64,000 bases of DNA from Azolla caroliniana. Its lineage: Eukaryota; Plantae; Polypodiophyta. The notes beneath the pieces are model-generated. The model worked only from the letters and a program-made list of their open reading frames with translations. It made no database searches and was not told where the DNA came from. The stretch lies in contig JBHGNT010000002.1 of the NCBI GenBank assembly GCA_043228905.1, forward strand, positions 13,268,001 through 13,332,000. Direction: 5' to 3'. Shown piece after piece: positions 62,901 to 64,000 of the stretch (its first letter is position 1; each line of letters starts with the position of its first letter). A program made the translations under genes and the position numbers.

Positions 62901-64000
62901 GCCAATTTCTGCAACCTCCCTCTCGAAGCGAGGCAACACAAGATTTAATGAACCTCTCTAGCAAGAAATTTTCTTCCCTACAAGACTATGTCCACCATGC
63001 TAGAACCCAAATAAAAAAATTAGGTCTAGAAGGGGACAATTGCTTAAAAGCTTGTTTTGTCAATGGCATTCCCAATTCGGACTATCACTAGATAGTGCAC
63101 GATAAGGATCCAAAATCCTTCGAGAGGCCGTTGAAATAGTTCTTCGCTATCAACGCACTTCGAAGAAGGACCACAACAAACCCAACGAAGCGCCCGGGAC
63201 TAAGCAGTCACAATTCGCTGGGAAAGGCAAGACACCCAACGAATTCATGGATCGTGATTGTAAGCGACAACATCCTTTTTGCGTATTCTGTAAAAAGAAG
63301 GGTCATACAAAAGAGCAATGTCGAAAGCTCCAACGGAAAGAGCACAACAACAAAGCTAAAGTTGCAAACCATAAAGGTCAGATTCCTAATGTCCTTCAAG
63401 TCTATACACATCATTTAAGTAATTGTCAATGTTCTTTCCCTCACTATGTATTGGGTCCCAATGATTTACTACATGCAAACGGGTATATCAATGGATCTCC
63501 CGTACAATTTTTGTTTGATTCGGGAAGCTCACACAACTTTGTGAATGATCGTTTGGTTCAAATATGGGGAATCCTACTCACCGTAAGTGACCACACCTAT
63601 ATGGTGCATTTGGCTGATGGAAGAGTACAATACATCAATGGGGCGATTCATTCATTAGGAATTTCTATTGATACTCATATAGAGGAAGTAGACTTCCATG
63701 TAATGAATATTTGTACCACTGATGTAATACTGGGTTATCCTTGGTTCTATAACAAAAAATCTTCTTTATCTATTGATTGGGTTCATCATTCAATAAATTT
63801 TGTACTAAACGATTGTACTCATTTTATTCAATGTGTAAAAAAACAATGCCTCTCAACTGTTTCCTCTCCATCAATATCCCAGTTGTCTTGTTCTACTCTA
63901 TTTTATTGTGAACTTGATCTGGACATTCACGTTTACAATATCGATAATGTCTCGATTCAATTAACATATTTTGAACAACAACAACTTGATGAAATCTTAA
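59954..64000 (+). mobile_element. Decayed Met-primed Ty3/gypsy: LTR 59954-60407, ~2-kb leader, gag from 62444, protease; runs off the right edge
   Basis: TGTTA...TAACA, degenerate PBS TGGTTTTAGAGC (60410-60421), CVFCKKKGHTKEQC (~63280-63321), FLFDSGSSHNFV (~63508-63543), DVILGYPWF. Confidence 0.85.
60655..60915. repeat. Array of five hairpins with core GAGGT-CAAT-ACCTC, period 55-62 bp
   Basis: Cores start at 60664, 60720, 60775, 60831 and 60893. Confidence 0.75.

Overview
Gene-free plant nuclear heterochromatin-type DNA, probably from a non-seed plant such as a moss (inferred from Tcn1-like self-priming chromoviruses, an RTE-like LINE and a plant mitochondrial trnS fragment). Nearly all 64 kb is a nested pile of transposons. 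It holds one intact young Ty1/copia (3501-8798) and four decayed copia copies, plus two copia solo LTRs. The gypsy elements are two Tcn1-like chromoviruses, three Arg-primed Athila-like non-chromoviruses, a Met-primed gypsy running off the right edge, and six copies or LTRs of a tRNA-Trp-primed family. An hAT MITE and a 5'-truncated RTE LINE are also present. No host protein gene was seen. Most striking: (1) the Trp-primed family makes 4-bp TSDs centred on CpG at all five scorable insertions; (2) an Athila-like element carries a ~2.5-kb extra gene inside a ~3.2-kb LTR; (3) antisense tRNA-like A/B-box modules sit in the U3 of two unrelated LTR families; (4) a regular array of five GAGGT-CAAT-ACCTC hairpins lies in a 2-kb 5' leader; (5) each family is enriched in its own short palindrome. 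All boundaries were read by eye.
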